Origin: Candidatus Zhuqueibacterota bacterium
Lineage (GTDB): Bacteria > Zhuqueibacterota > Zhuqueibacteria > Thermofontimicrobiales > Thermofontimicrobiaceae
Reading direction: 5' to 3'
DNA: 64,000 bases
NCBI GenBank assembly: GCA_049322915.1
Contig: JBMOPW010000026.1
Span: 32,001-96,000 of the forward strand
Part shown: positions 41,846 to 50,888 of the stretch, piece after piece
Numbering within the stretch: position 1 is the stretch's first letter
How the letters are laid out: each line of letters starts with the position of its first letter
Translations under genes and position numbers: made by a program
Notes under the pieces: model-generated
The model's input: only the letters and a program-made list of their open reading frames with translations
What the model was told of the DNA's origin: nothing
Databases searched by the model: none

Positions 41846-41933
41846 TCTTCTGGATGCATCTATCAAAGGATACTTTTCCAACAATTTGTAAAAACAGAGG
41901 CGCAATCAACTTGTGATGTGGCATTAACATTTT

Positions 41934-41953
41934 TGTGGACAACTTGTGGATAA
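41934..41953. promoter_or_regulatory. Tandem DnaA boxes
   Basis: TGTGGACAA (1 mismatch) and TGTGGATAA (perfect reverse complement of TTATCCACA), 2 bp apart, followed by AT-rich DNA. Confidence 0.5.
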
Positions 41954-42177
41954 GTTGGTAAAAGATAAGTTTTTCTTTTGTCATGGCTTTGTAATACAAA
42001 TGCAATTATTTAATCTTTTAAAAAATAGTCAATTATAAAACAGGGGGTTCCTGAGAACCTGTGGCGATCAAACAGCAGCGATAATCCTGGGTGTGAATTA
42101 GTGGGTTTATCCCATGAAAAAATCGAGTCATAGGACGGTCAGGTGCATTGTGGAACATGCAGGGAATCGATATTCGG

Positions 42178-43401
42178 TCACTGCACAAGGCTGAAGACGA
42201 AGCGGGAATTGAGTCGGTTGTAGTGGATTTTTATTTTGCCAAATTGAATTTCCACGTAACGACGATCCACAAACCGGAGTTCCCCGGCGAACTCATCGAT
42301 GAGTTGCAGCGCCTGGGGAGTGCCATTGTACGATTCGCCCAGTTCACTGATCATCTCCATCAATTTGGATTTGTAGCGCTCGCCGCGGGCCAGAAATTTC
42401 AGAACAGCTTCAGGAGATAGCCGGTCGATCTCAATCGATTCGCCGAACCCGCTCAGATTGAGCGCCATCCCGTTGATTTTTTGTTCAATATCATTCAACT
42501 TGGGGAATGCCAGGATTGGCTTGCCGAGGTAAATGGCCTCGCCAATCACCTGATTGCCGGCCGTGCAAATCAATCCGCGGGATGTAGCCAGCGACGAAAT
42601 GAATTTTTCCGGATGAATATGGATGAGCTTAATATGTCGGCATCGTGTTGGCTTTGTCTTCAGAGACGACCAGTCTGAAAAAACTTCGAAACGGATATGG
42701 CTCAATTGCTGAATGACCGGCAAAAGCTTCTGCAGATAAAACGGCTCTTTCAAATACACGGTAATGTGATTCCGCTCCTCGGGAGTGGTGTTTTGAACAG
42801 CGTCGGAAAGAAATGGCCCGACAAAAACCGCGCGACTGTCGCGAAGCTTCGGGAAATGAAAGAACGAGCTGGTCACAATTCGATCCGGTTTCGCTGACAG
42901 GATTCTGATAAACAGCTTGAACAAACTGAGTTTCACCCGGTTGCGGATGGATGTCATTGGGGGAATTTCCGATTCGAGCAACATGTGCTGATGATCGATC
43001 AGGATGACCGGAATTTTCTGGACATTGGCAATTTTCAATAAATAGGGCTCGAAGTCGCTGATGATGAAATCCGGATTTTGAAAGAGAACCTCCTGGTAAA
43101 TTTGCCGGTATTTTTTCCCAAGCCCGAAGATGAGTCCCCAGAAGAGCGAAAAGTTTTTGACGGAAATTTTCCACAGATTGATCCCGCCTTTTTTCCCGGT
43201 ATACAATCGGAATGTGGGGATTTGGATGGACGGAATGCTGTTATAGTTCAACAGCGGAAGGGCATCACCGCCGCCAAATACAAGCACTTCATGTCCGGCA
43301 TTTTTTAATTGTTTGATTATTTGAATGCTGCGGGAGGTATGGCCCCGGCCTTCGCCCTGAATTCCGTAGACAATTTTCTTTGGCGTGTCAGTAGTTAGCA
43401 T
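42178..43401 (-). CDS. Glycosyltransferase, MJ1255/VC2487-like (GT-B)
   Basis: YGIQGEGRGHTSRS, ISDFEP, IDHQH, AGNQVIGEAIYLGKP and EQKIN. Confidence 0.88.
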   Translation of the reverse strand: MLTTDTPKKIVYGIQGEGRGHTSRSIQIIKQLKNAGHEVLVFGGGDALPLLNYNSIPSIQIPTFRLYTGKKGGINLWKISVKNFSLFWGLIFGLGKKYRQIYQEVLFQNPDFIISDFEPYLLKIANVQKIPVILIDHQHMLLESEIPPMTSIRNRVKLSLFKLFIRILSAKPDRIVTSSFFHFPKLRDSRAVFVGPFLSDAVQNTTPEERNHITVYLKEPFYLQKLLPVIQQLSHIRFEVFSDWSSLKTKPTRCRHIKLIHIHPEKFISSLATSRGLICTAGNQVIGEAIYLGKPILAFPKLNDIEQKINGMALNLSGFGESIEIDRLSPEAVLKFLARGERYKSKLMEMISELGESYNGTPQALQLIDEFAGELRFVDRRYVEIQFGKIKIHYNRLNSRFVFSLVQ

Positions 43402-43552
43402 ATCAGAACCTGTTTTCCAGTGGTGTAAAGTATGTCAGTATCGAATACGTGTATTGGCCTCGCCGACTGGCACCGAATCATGGCCACGGATGCCGCCGCA
43501 TACAGTCGCCGGCGCCCTGACGCCTGGTTGGCCGGCGTCAGCATTACATGAG

Positions 43553-43744
43553 TTAGAGCAGGTGAAACCAGAAAAAATTATCAGCCGCCAGGCTGCTGCT
43601 GCCAATGTCAGGGCGCAGGTCATTGCCGGGCTCGTTGCCTTCGGCTGACCTCTCCAGCTTGCGTTTTGCCGATAACAGCAACCGGCGCTGAAACTGATTT
43701 ATTTTCAGGGATTGTTTCGATAAATCCGATGATGGTCTGTTCAT
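43553..43744 (-). CDS. Small hypothetical protein (63 aa)
   Basis: ATG at 43744 with AGAGGA RBS, immediately downstream of a Pho-box-like promoter; basic N-terminus and aromatic C-terminal tip. Confidence 0.4.
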   Translation of the reverse strand: MNRPSSDLSKQSLKINQFQRRLLLSAKRKLERSAEGNEPGNDLRPDIGSSSLAADNFFWFHLL

Positions 43745-43807
43745 GGATTTTCCTCTTTTTCTTTCACAGTCAAACACAAATTGGATCGATGAATGAAGCG
43801 TTGATAC

Positions 43808-43862
43808 ATGGTAAAAAAACAAGGTTAACTCTATGTTGACTCCATTTTACAATCGTATGAAC
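43808..43862 (-). promoter_or_regulatory. Pho-box-like promoter toward the small ORF and glycosyltransferase
   Basis: Minus strand GTTCAT, TGTAAA, GTCAAC, GTTAAC at 11-bp period (plus starts 43857, 43846, 43835, 43824), then 10 bp, then TACCAT. Confidence 0.6.
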
Positions 43863-43871
43863 TAAAATTGA

Positions 43872-43926
43872 ATTCACGGAAACTTAAAGATTTTGTAACC
43901 TGGAATTCATGCATTTCTGGCATATT
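43872..43926 (+). promoter_or_regulatory. Pho-box-like promoter for plsC-like / GNAT / phoA genes
   Basis: ATTCAC (43872), CTTAAA (43883), TGTAAC (43894), ATTCAT (43905), then 10 bp, then CATATT (43921). Confidence 0.6.
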
Positions 43927-43934
43927 GATGCTTC

Positions 43935-44771
43935 ATGAGGAATAAAAAAGATAGCATTAGGAAAAGGGTTGTGCAGACTTCATCGAATCAGATTAACAGA
44001 ATCCAGCGTTTGGTCATAAACGTCTTGCTGCTTTTTGGGGGGCGTCTCATAAAAGTCGAGAATGCGTCCCGATTCACATCGCCCGAAGACCCGGTCATCT
44101 ATGCCTTCAATCATAACAATGCGTTTGAGACGGTATTAATCCCGGCCTACCTGATACGTGCCCGCCGTTGGAAAAAGGTGAGTTTCATCATCGATTGGAT
44201 GTACGGAAAAATTCCGCTCGTGGGTTGGTTCTGCCGTCAGACCGAGCCGGTCTATGTGTATAACAAACGCGCTAGGTTTAAACTGTACGAGCGCTTTCGG
44301 CTTCAGCATCGCAGCGAGGATGTATTCGTGAAAATCATAGAAAAACTGAACCAACAGCGGAGCATTGGAATTTTCCCTGAAGGAAAAAGAAACAAGAATC
44401 CGTACATCTTGCGACGGGGATTCAACGGCGTGGGGTATATCGCCCTGATGGCCAAAGCGCCGGTGATCCCGGTGGGAATAGAATTTCAGTCGAGTCGCAA
44501 GAAGGGCAAAATGCCTGGCGTCGGTCGATTTATCTTGCGCGTTGGTGAACCGAGGATTTTCGCGCAGGCAATTCACCAGGTCGAGCAAATTGAACGGGAT
44601 GATTCAATCGATCCGCACGCGAAAAAGAAACTCATCCATTTTCATGCAAGTGAAGTGACCTATCACATCATGATGGACATCAGTAGACTGTCGCGAAAAG
44701 AATATCCATATCTCGCTCCATCATTGGCGGAAAATTTTGAAAAACATATCTTTTCAGAAATTATGAGGTGA
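43935..44771 (+). CDS. PlsC-family lysophospholipid/lyso-lipid acyltransferase
   Basis: FNHNNAFE (variant of NHxxxxD), FPEGKRN and PVIPVGI. Confidence 0.88.
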   Translation: MRNKKDSIRKRVVQTSSNQINRIQRLVINVLLLFGGRLIKVENASRFTSPEDPVIYAFNHNNAFETVLIPAYLIRARRWKKVSFIIDWMYGKIPLVGWFCRQTEPVYVYNKRARFKLYERFRLQHRSEDVFVKIIEKLNQQRSIGIFPEGKRNKNPYILRRGFNGVGYIALMAKAPVIPVGIEFQSSRKKGKMPGVGRFILRVGEPRIFAQAIHQVEQIERDDSIDPHAKKKLIHFHASEVTYHIMMDISRLSRKEYPYLAPSLAENFEKHIFSEIMR

Positions 44772-44774
44772 GCC

Positions 44775-45434
44775 ATGGCAAAAATTACAGTTGTCAAGAT
44801 TCTCAATTCGGAGACCCGAAAGAAGGCGTTTGAGGTCATCGAACAGGTGTATCTGCAGGAGAAGAACTGGATTTATTCCGTTCAGAATGAAATCCCGGAA
44901 GACGTTGCCACCAACGAACGGTATTCCTGGTTTCTCGCGTCGGTCAATGGAAAGCCGGCCGGCGTGCTGCGTCTTTATTACGATCCGCCACTGGAATTTC
45001 CGGCGGACTTCAAGGTGACGTTGCACAGGGATGTGGATCTGAAGGCTTTTGCTGCGACGTGCCGATTCGTTGAAATTGGCCGGTTCATGATTCTCAGGGA
45101 ATATCGGAAAAAAATATTGGTCGCACTCCGACTCATGCGCATTGCAATTCGGGAAGTGGTGCAGCGCGACTACACTCATTTCATCACCGATGTTTTTGAA
45201 AATGAACCGAACTCGCCCCTGCAATTTCACACCAGGGTGCTGGGATTTGAAGTCATTGGCACCCATCTCCATGGCGAATTGAATTGCAGTCTGACAAGGA
45301 TTATTCTGACGCTGGATATTTTAAAAGCGTATCAGCGGCTGCGGGAGCGAAACAACAGAATTTACTGGAGTCTCACCCGGGGTATTCGTGGCGCGCTGAA
45401 CAAGAAACTGGCTGCTCAGGTGAAACCTGTATGA
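44775..45434 (+). CDS. GNAT-fold N-acyltransferase (FeeM/OlsB/LuxI-like, acyl-ACP dependent)
   Basis: PAGVLRL and FVEIGRFMILREYR motifs; LGF; 3 bp after the plsC-like gene. Confidence 0.75.
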   Translation: MAKITVVKILNSETRKKAFEVIEQVYLQEKNWIYSVQNEIPEDVATNERYSWFLASVNGKPAGVLRLYYDPPLEFPADFKVTLHRDVDLKAFAATCRFVEIGRFMILREYRKKILVALRLMRIAIREVVQRDYTHFITDVFENEPNSPLQFHTRVLGFEVIGTHLHGELNCSLTRIILTLDILKAYQRLRERNNRIYWSLTRGIRGALNKKLAAQVKPV

Positions 45435-45539
45435 TCGTTGATGCTATTTCAAAAGAAGATTTTATAAAAATTGGAACTCATTATGGTTACAATGGTATGA
45501 TGCCATATATTTTATCAATTCAACTTTAGGTGAAATTAA

Positions 45540-46925
45540 ATGAAAAATAAACTTCAGGAATTGTTGTATGCAATTGTTTTGGGAATGATGCTGAATTTCA
45601 CGGCGGCCGGTCTGGCGAATGGAGCCGGAATTCCCAAAAACATCATCATTATGATCGGCGATGGCTGCGGCTACAATCATGTAGTCGCCACGAATTACTA
45701 TCAAACTGGCGAAGCCGGGGCGCAGGTTTATGAGAAATTTCCTGTCACGCTTGGTATGAGCACCTATTCGGCCAGCGGCGATGGATATGATCCGACAAAG
45801 GCATGGACTGATTTTAGTTATGTGACGCATCGACCCACTGATTCGGCGGCTGCGGCAACGGCAATGTCCACCGGTGTGAAGACGAACAATGGAGCGATTG
45901 GCGTCGATGAAAAAAAACATCGGCTGGAACATTTGGTCGAGCATCTGGAGAAATTCGGAAAATCAAGCGGGGTCGTCACCACCGTGATGTTTTCGCACGC
46001 GACCCCGGCCGGTTTCATTGCGCATCAGGAACGCCGCGATCAATACTCTGACATCGCCCGCGAGATGATTCTGGATAGTCCGCTGGAAGTGATCATGGGC
46101 TGTGGCCATCCGCATTACGATGACAATGGCCGTCTGCTGGAACAGGCCAAATTCGACTACACCTACGTCGGCGGCGATGACGTCTGGCAGGCGCTGAAGC
46201 AGGGCAGAGTGGAGTCCGATTCAGATACCGATGGTGTGAAAGACACGTGGCATCTCATCGAGACGCGGCAGGAATTTCTTGCGCTCGGATCCGGGGACAC
46301 GCCAAAGCGCGTGATCGGAGTACCCCGGGTGAGGATGACCCTGCAGCACGAACGCGCCGGCAATAAAAAGACAGAGCCGTTTGTCGATCCCCTGGTTCAG
46401 GACGTTCCCACTTTACCGGAGATGACGGCGGCAGCGCTGAATATTCTGGACAATGACGCTGATGGATTTTTTCTGCTCATCGAAGGAGGCGCAATCGATT
46501 GGGCTGGCCATGAAAATAACTCCGGCCGCATGATCGAAGAGACCATCGATTTCAACAAAGCGGTCGATGCGGTCGTCGCCTGGATTAACGAATCCAGCTC
46601 GTGGGATCAAACCCTGCTCGTAGTCACCGCTGATCATGAAACCGGTTACCTCACCGGCCCGGGATCTGGCGAACAGGACAAAATGGGCGATAGCGCGGTG
46701 AAACCGATCTGGAATCCGATAGTGAACAACGGCCAGGGCAAGTTGCCGGGACTGGAATGGCATATCACCAAACATACGAACTCACTGGTGCCATTCTATT
46801 CGAAAGGAGCCGGGTGCGAATTATTTTTGAAGTATGCTGATGAAACTGATGCAGTCTGCGGCGCCTACCTGAATAACATTGAAATTGCTCAGGCCATTTT
46901 CGCTCTTTTTCCAACGGCTCAATAA
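45540..46925 (+). CDS. phoA: Alkaline phosphatase
   Basis: Signal peptide; IGDG, TDSAAAATA (catalytic Ser), HATPA, EGGAIDWAGHEN and TADHET. Confidence 0.93.
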   Translation: MKNKLQELLYAIVLGMMLNFTAAGLANGAGIPKNIIIMIGDGCGYNHVVATNYYQTGEAGAQVYEKFPVTLGMSTYSASGDGYDPTKAWTDFSYVTHRPTDSAAAATAMSTGVKTNNGAIGVDEKKHRLEHLVEHLEKFGKSSGVVTTVMFSHATPAGFIAHQERRDQYSDIAREMILDSPLEVIMGCGHPHYDDNGRLLEQAKFDYTYVGGDDVWQALKQGRVESDSDTDGVKDTWHLIETRQEFLALGSGDTPKRVIGVPRVRMTLQHERAGNKKTEPFVDPLVQDVPTLPEMTAAALNILDNDADGFFLLIEGGAIDWAGHENNSGRMIEETIDFNKAVDAVVAWINESSSWDQTLLVVTADHETGYLTGPGSGEQDKMGDSAVKPIWNPIVNNGQGKLPGLEWHITKHTNSLVPFYSKGAGCELFLKYADETDAVCGAYLNNIEIAQAIFALFPTAQ

Positions 46926-47041
46926 GATGAAATTTTAAATTCACTGGAACATTCGCTGTTTGACTTCGTAATTCGAGCATTATCAAAACGAACAACTGTG
47001 ATTCTGTTATGCGAGGTAGACAGAGGATGAAAGGAGATCCC

Positions 47042-49267
47042 ATGCGTTTTATTCGAGGCTTGATCTTTGTGTCATTTTTAATGATTCAGACGGCGGTTTC
47101 GGTCGCCGGAACGATTCATGGATTTGTTCGGGAAAAAGATTCCAAAGAACCAATCATCATGAGCAATGTATGGCTCAAGGACACGACCATTGGAACAACC
47201 ACCAATATGAAAGGCTATTATGTGCTTTCATCGTTGCAGCCGGGTTCCTACGAAATATGTATTCGCTATATCGGCTATAAACCGGTTTCGAGGACAATCA
47301 CTATTGCGACGGGCGATGACATCGAACTGGATGTGTATCTGGAACCGGAAGCCCTTGAAATTGAGGAAGTGGTGGTGTCTGCAGAACGGGATAAACGGGA
47401 ACTGGACGTCCAGACCAGTCAGGTGACGGTGAGTGTGCCGCAAATTCGGGCGATCCCGCAGGTGGCAGAACCGGACTTATTCCGATCTCTGCAATTGCTG
47501 CCCGGTGTGGCGACGCTGTCCGATTTCTCCGCCGGGCTGTACGTCCGCGGCGGCAGCGCGGATCAAAACCTCATTTTATTGGATCACATTGACGTGTACA
47601 ATCCCAACCATATGTTCGGCTTTTTCAGTTCATTCAATACCGATGCCATAAAATCGGTCGAGCTCATCAAAGGAGGGTTTCCGGCAGCGTACGGCGGTCG
47701 GTTGTCATCCGTGCTGGACGTGGTGAATAAAGAAGGGAACCGCCAGGAGTTTCAGGGGGTGGCGCGACTGAGTCTGCTCAGCGCCACAACAACGCTGGAA
47801 GGACCGTGGAAAAAAGGATCGTGGATGGTTTCCGGGCGGAGGACCTATCTGGATATCGCCTCGAAAATCGTCGATTTCGATCTGCCGTATTATTTTTACG
47901 ATGGCCATGCGAAAATCAATTTCGATATAGACAAGAATAATCAGGCCAGCCTCAGTTTCTATGCCGGCAATGACGTCCTGGATTTGTCGCGCGAAAGCAC
48001 AGACATCATGCTGGACTGGGGAAATAAGACCTTCTCCGCGCAATGGACTCATCTGTTTTCCAGCAAAATGTTTTCGCATTTTGTGTTCGCCGGCAGCCGC
48101 TTCGATAGCGACACCGAGGTGAAGTTTGATGAAATTTCCTTTGGCACGACCAATCAGGTGCGTGATCTGGCGTTGAAGGGGTCTGTGACCTATTCGCCTT
48201 CAAATCGCCACTACATGGATTTTGGATTTGAAACGAAATATTTGAATTTTGATTTGAATTATAGCATTGTGGATACAAAGTATCTGAACAATTTCACCGG
48301 CTATTATTCGAGTCTCTTTTTCCAGGATAATTACAAGCTATCGCCGTTCTTCATTTTGCAGACCGGCTTGCGGCTCGATAATTACTCCGATGGCGGCTAC
48401 ACCCGACTGGATCCGCGCGTGTCCCTGAAACGATTGATTTCGGACCAGTTCAATTTCACGGTGACCTTCGGCCGCTACCACCAATTTTTGAATCTGGTGC
48501 AGATGGAAGGCATGAGCTTCGCCGATATGTGGTTCCCGGTCGATGAAACATTCACCCCGGGCAAAGCTGACCATTATATCGTCAGCTTGAATTATGACAA
48601 CCGGCAATCATTCTCCTTCACGCTGGATGCTTATTATAAAGATTATACGAACATCGCTGAATACCGCTCGCCGGAAATGCGGGGCGCCGACGAGACGCTG
48701 GAGAATCAGACTGCGGCGCAGAATTTTTTGAAAGGACAGGGCAAGGCCTACGGATTTGATACCCTCATCCGAAATAACATCTGGGGATTCGAGGGCTGGA
48801 TCGGCTATTCTCTGTGTTTCACCAAAAAGCAGGTGGATGACTATAATTTCGGCCTGGAATATTATCCCACTTACGACCGACGCCACACTATTACAACCAT
48901 TCAGGATTACCGGTTGAGCCGAAAATGGCGCATGAACTTCGCGTTCAAATACGGGTCAGGTCAGCCATACACCGAAGCCACAGCGCGGTACGCCGTCATC
49001 GATCCGGCCGGCCGACTTCATTACGAAGCTCTCGATGGTGAAAAGAACAAGTATCGACTGCCGGCCTATCATCGCCTGGACGTGGGACTTTTTTATAACA
49101 CCACCTGGTTCAAGCTGCCGGTCGAAATTTTCATCCAGGCCGTGAATGTGTATAACCGTGACAATGTGTGGTATCGCATCTACAATGTGGCGGATAATCC
49201 GGCGACAGTCGAGGAGATTACCATGATCCCGTTCGTGCCGACCGCCGGCTTTTCGATTCACTTTTGA
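47042..49267 (+). CDS. TonB-dependent receptor with N-terminal carboxypeptidase-regulatory-like domain
   Basis: Signal peptide; LPGV, VRGGSADQNLILLD, KGGFPAAYGGRLSSV plug motifs; YHRLD; C-terminal Phe. Confidence 0.92.
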   Translation: MRFIRGLIFVSFLMIQTAVSVAGTIHGFVREKDSKEPIIMSNVWLKDTTIGTTTNMKGYYVLSSLQPGSYEICIRYIGYKPVSRTITIATGDDIELDVYLEPEALEIEEVVVSAERDKRELDVQTSQVTVSVPQIRAIPQVAEPDLFRSLQLLPGVATLSDFSAGLYVRGGSADQNLILLDHIDVYNPNHMFGFFSSFNTDAIKSVELIKGGFPAAYGGRLSSVLDVVNKEGNRQEFQGVARLSLLSATTTLEGPWKKGSWMVSGRRTYLDIASKIVDFDLPYYFYDGHAKINFDIDKNNQASLSFYAGNDVLDLSRESTDIMLDWGNKTFSAQWTHLFSSKMFSHFVFAGSRFDSDTEVKFDEISFGTTNQVRDLALKGSVTYSPSNRHYMDFGFETKYLNFDLNYSIVDTKYLNNFTGYYSSLFFQDNYKLSPFFILQTGLRLDNYSDGGYTRLDPRVSLKRLISDQFNFTVTFGRYHQFLNLVQMEGMSFADMWFPVDETFTPGKADHYIVSLNYDNRQSFSFTLDAYYKDYTNIAEYRSPEMRGADETLENQTAAQNFLKGQGKAYGFDTLIRNNIWGFEGWIGYSLCFTKKQVDDYNFGLEYYPTYDRRHTITTIQDYRLSRKWRMNFAFKYGSGQPYTEATARYAVIDPAGRLHYEALDGEKNKYRLPAYHRLDVGLFYNTTWFKLPVEIFIQAVNVYNRDNVWYRIYNVADNPATVEEITMIPFVPTAGFSIHF

Positions 49268-49396
49268 TTCGGGCGCGCCCGAACTCGGCGAGACAGACTC
49301 AACGACGCAATGCGCGTTCGTCCCTTGCGAAATCGTGATGTTGCGACAGGGCAGAGTAACACTGAAAATAGAAACGATCATTTTGAGGAATAGACT

Positions 49397-50287
49397 ATGA
49401 AATATCGAACCCTTTTTCTTCTGCTGATTGGTTATGTGTTGATTGGCAGTATGAGCTGCGAGAAGAACCCGGCAAAACCGGGCTATCAGAAAGAGGTGAG
49501 CGTATTCGGATTTCTATGGGGGAATACAGCGCTCACGCCTGAACATGCAATTTTGATTACCCACTCCCAGCCGATTGATGATTATTATGATGTGAACGAA
49601 GCAGCCATTTCAAATACGCTGGTGACCGTCACTGATGAAAACAGTGGGCGCACCTACTTCCTGAAAGAGGTCGCCGGAAAGCCGGGTTTCTATTACAACG
49701 ACAGCCTTTTCGTCACGCCAAAGACGACCTATCTCCTTCGGGTATTCCTGGACGACCGCGAAGTAACCGCCTACACAACGGTTCCGCCGGAGTTGAAAAT
49801 GACCACTGCGCTGAAAATTGACGAAGTGAATTACGTGTATCGGGATAATCTCGGATTTGAAAAGCCGGTGACGCTCGAAACGGAGAATGCCAATCAGATC
49901 ATTAAGGTGGAAATGTTCTGCAACGAAACCTATGACAAAGCCGAGTATATTTACCCATTCACAAATGATCATAAATTCCCGGAAGATCAGGATGAATATG
50001 ACCAGGGCGCTAACGCTGAGCCGAGGCATATTCAGACATTGGTGAATTACCGAGACCTTATCTCCAGTCAGTTCCCGGGACATGTGGTGTACTGGTACTC
50101 CTCAATGATTGTGTTCTATGGCTCCAACACCATGCAGATACTGGCTATTGACGATAATTACCACAATTATTTCCACATGGAACACCCTGAACTCAACGGT
50201 GGAATCAATGGCGGGATCGGTGTGTTTGGTTCGGTGTGCGGACAGAAATTCGATCTATTTGTGATGAAGGATTCAGGTGGATTATAA
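49397..50287 (+). CDS. Lipoprotein partner of the TonB-dependent receptor (DUF4249-like)
   Basis: Lipobox SMSC; C-terminal INGGIGVFGS. Confidence 0.75.
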   Translation: MKYRTLFLLLIGYVLIGSMSCEKNPAKPGYQKEVSVFGFLWGNTALTPEHAILITHSQPIDDYYDVNEAAISNTLVTVTDENSGRTYFLKEVAGKPGFYYNDSLFVTPKTTYLLRVFLDDREVTAYTTVPPELKMTTALKIDEVNYVYRDNLGFEKPVTLETENANQIIKVEMFCNETYDKAEYIYPFTNDHKFPEDQDEYDQGANAEPRHIQTLVNYRDLISSQFPGHVVYWYSSMIVFYGSNTMQILAIDDNYHNYFHMEHPELNGGINGGIGVFGSVCGQKFDLFVMKDSGGL

Positions 50288-50362
50288 GCTTTAATTACCT
50301 GGTGACTTTTTTCAATGCAAGGCTTTTTATGTAGAGTGCAAACTCTTACAGTTAGTATCCGG

Positions 50363-50868
50363 GTTACTATTCAGCCTCAGAGTCTCAAGGCTCAAAGAAA
50401 ATGAAATTGCCAAACTGATCGATTCTGAAAAGCTGAATTTGGTTTTAAAAATGAAATTGAATTTCACAGTATCAGAATGAGTCGGCGCTAAAAAGGGGCT
50501 AAAGCAGATGCAAGATGCAAGACGCAAGATGCGAGACGTAGAATGAGTCCCCTCTAAAAAGGGGCTAACGCCCAAAAATCAAAGATGAATTTCTGTTCCC
50601 CGACTTAAAAGTCGGGGCTATTCAAGGTGTCTGACTTTTAACTTTTTCAATGAATTGCCACGTCATTGATGACGTGGTAACGATATCATAACCAACGTAT
50701 CAAAGGCTTTTCAGAGTCGACCCGGGAATGAAAATGAAATTGACATCACCATCACCATGTTGCTTCGTGGCCTGGTGACTTTAAGGCAAGACTACACGCC
50801 TGAATAGCGACGAAAATTCTCTCTAACCTGGAACCGGGAACCTTTAAACCTGGAACCTGAGTAGTAAC
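50363..50868. mobile_element. GTAAC-end family element A (50363-50811) followed by a type C half element (50812-50868)
   Basis: Left end gttactattcagcc; right ends ctgaatagcgac and ctgagtagtaac; same arrangement as 10003-10410. Confidence 0.8.
50506..50540. repeat. Heptamer tandem repeat, five copies
   Basis: AGATGCA AGATGCA AGACGCA AGATGCG AGACGTA, flanked by an approximately 31-bp imperfect direct duplication. Confidence 0.85.
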
Positions 50869-50888
50869 AATTTTGCATGTTACACACG

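Noticed and set aside
44775..45434. LuxI-type quorum-sensing synthase
   Set aside because: There is no adjacent LuxR gene and the gene is coupled to a PlsC acyltransferase, so a lipid N-acyltransferase fits better. LuxI activity is not formally excluded.
46934..46972. Additional Pho-box-like array upstream of the TonB-dependent receptor
   Set aside because: Only some of the hexamers fit, and there is no -10 at the 10-bp spacing seen at the other sites.
50506..50540. CRISPR-like repeats
   Set aside because: These are 7-bp tandem units without spacers; no cas genes or 25-45 bp repeat-spacer arrays were seen in the window.
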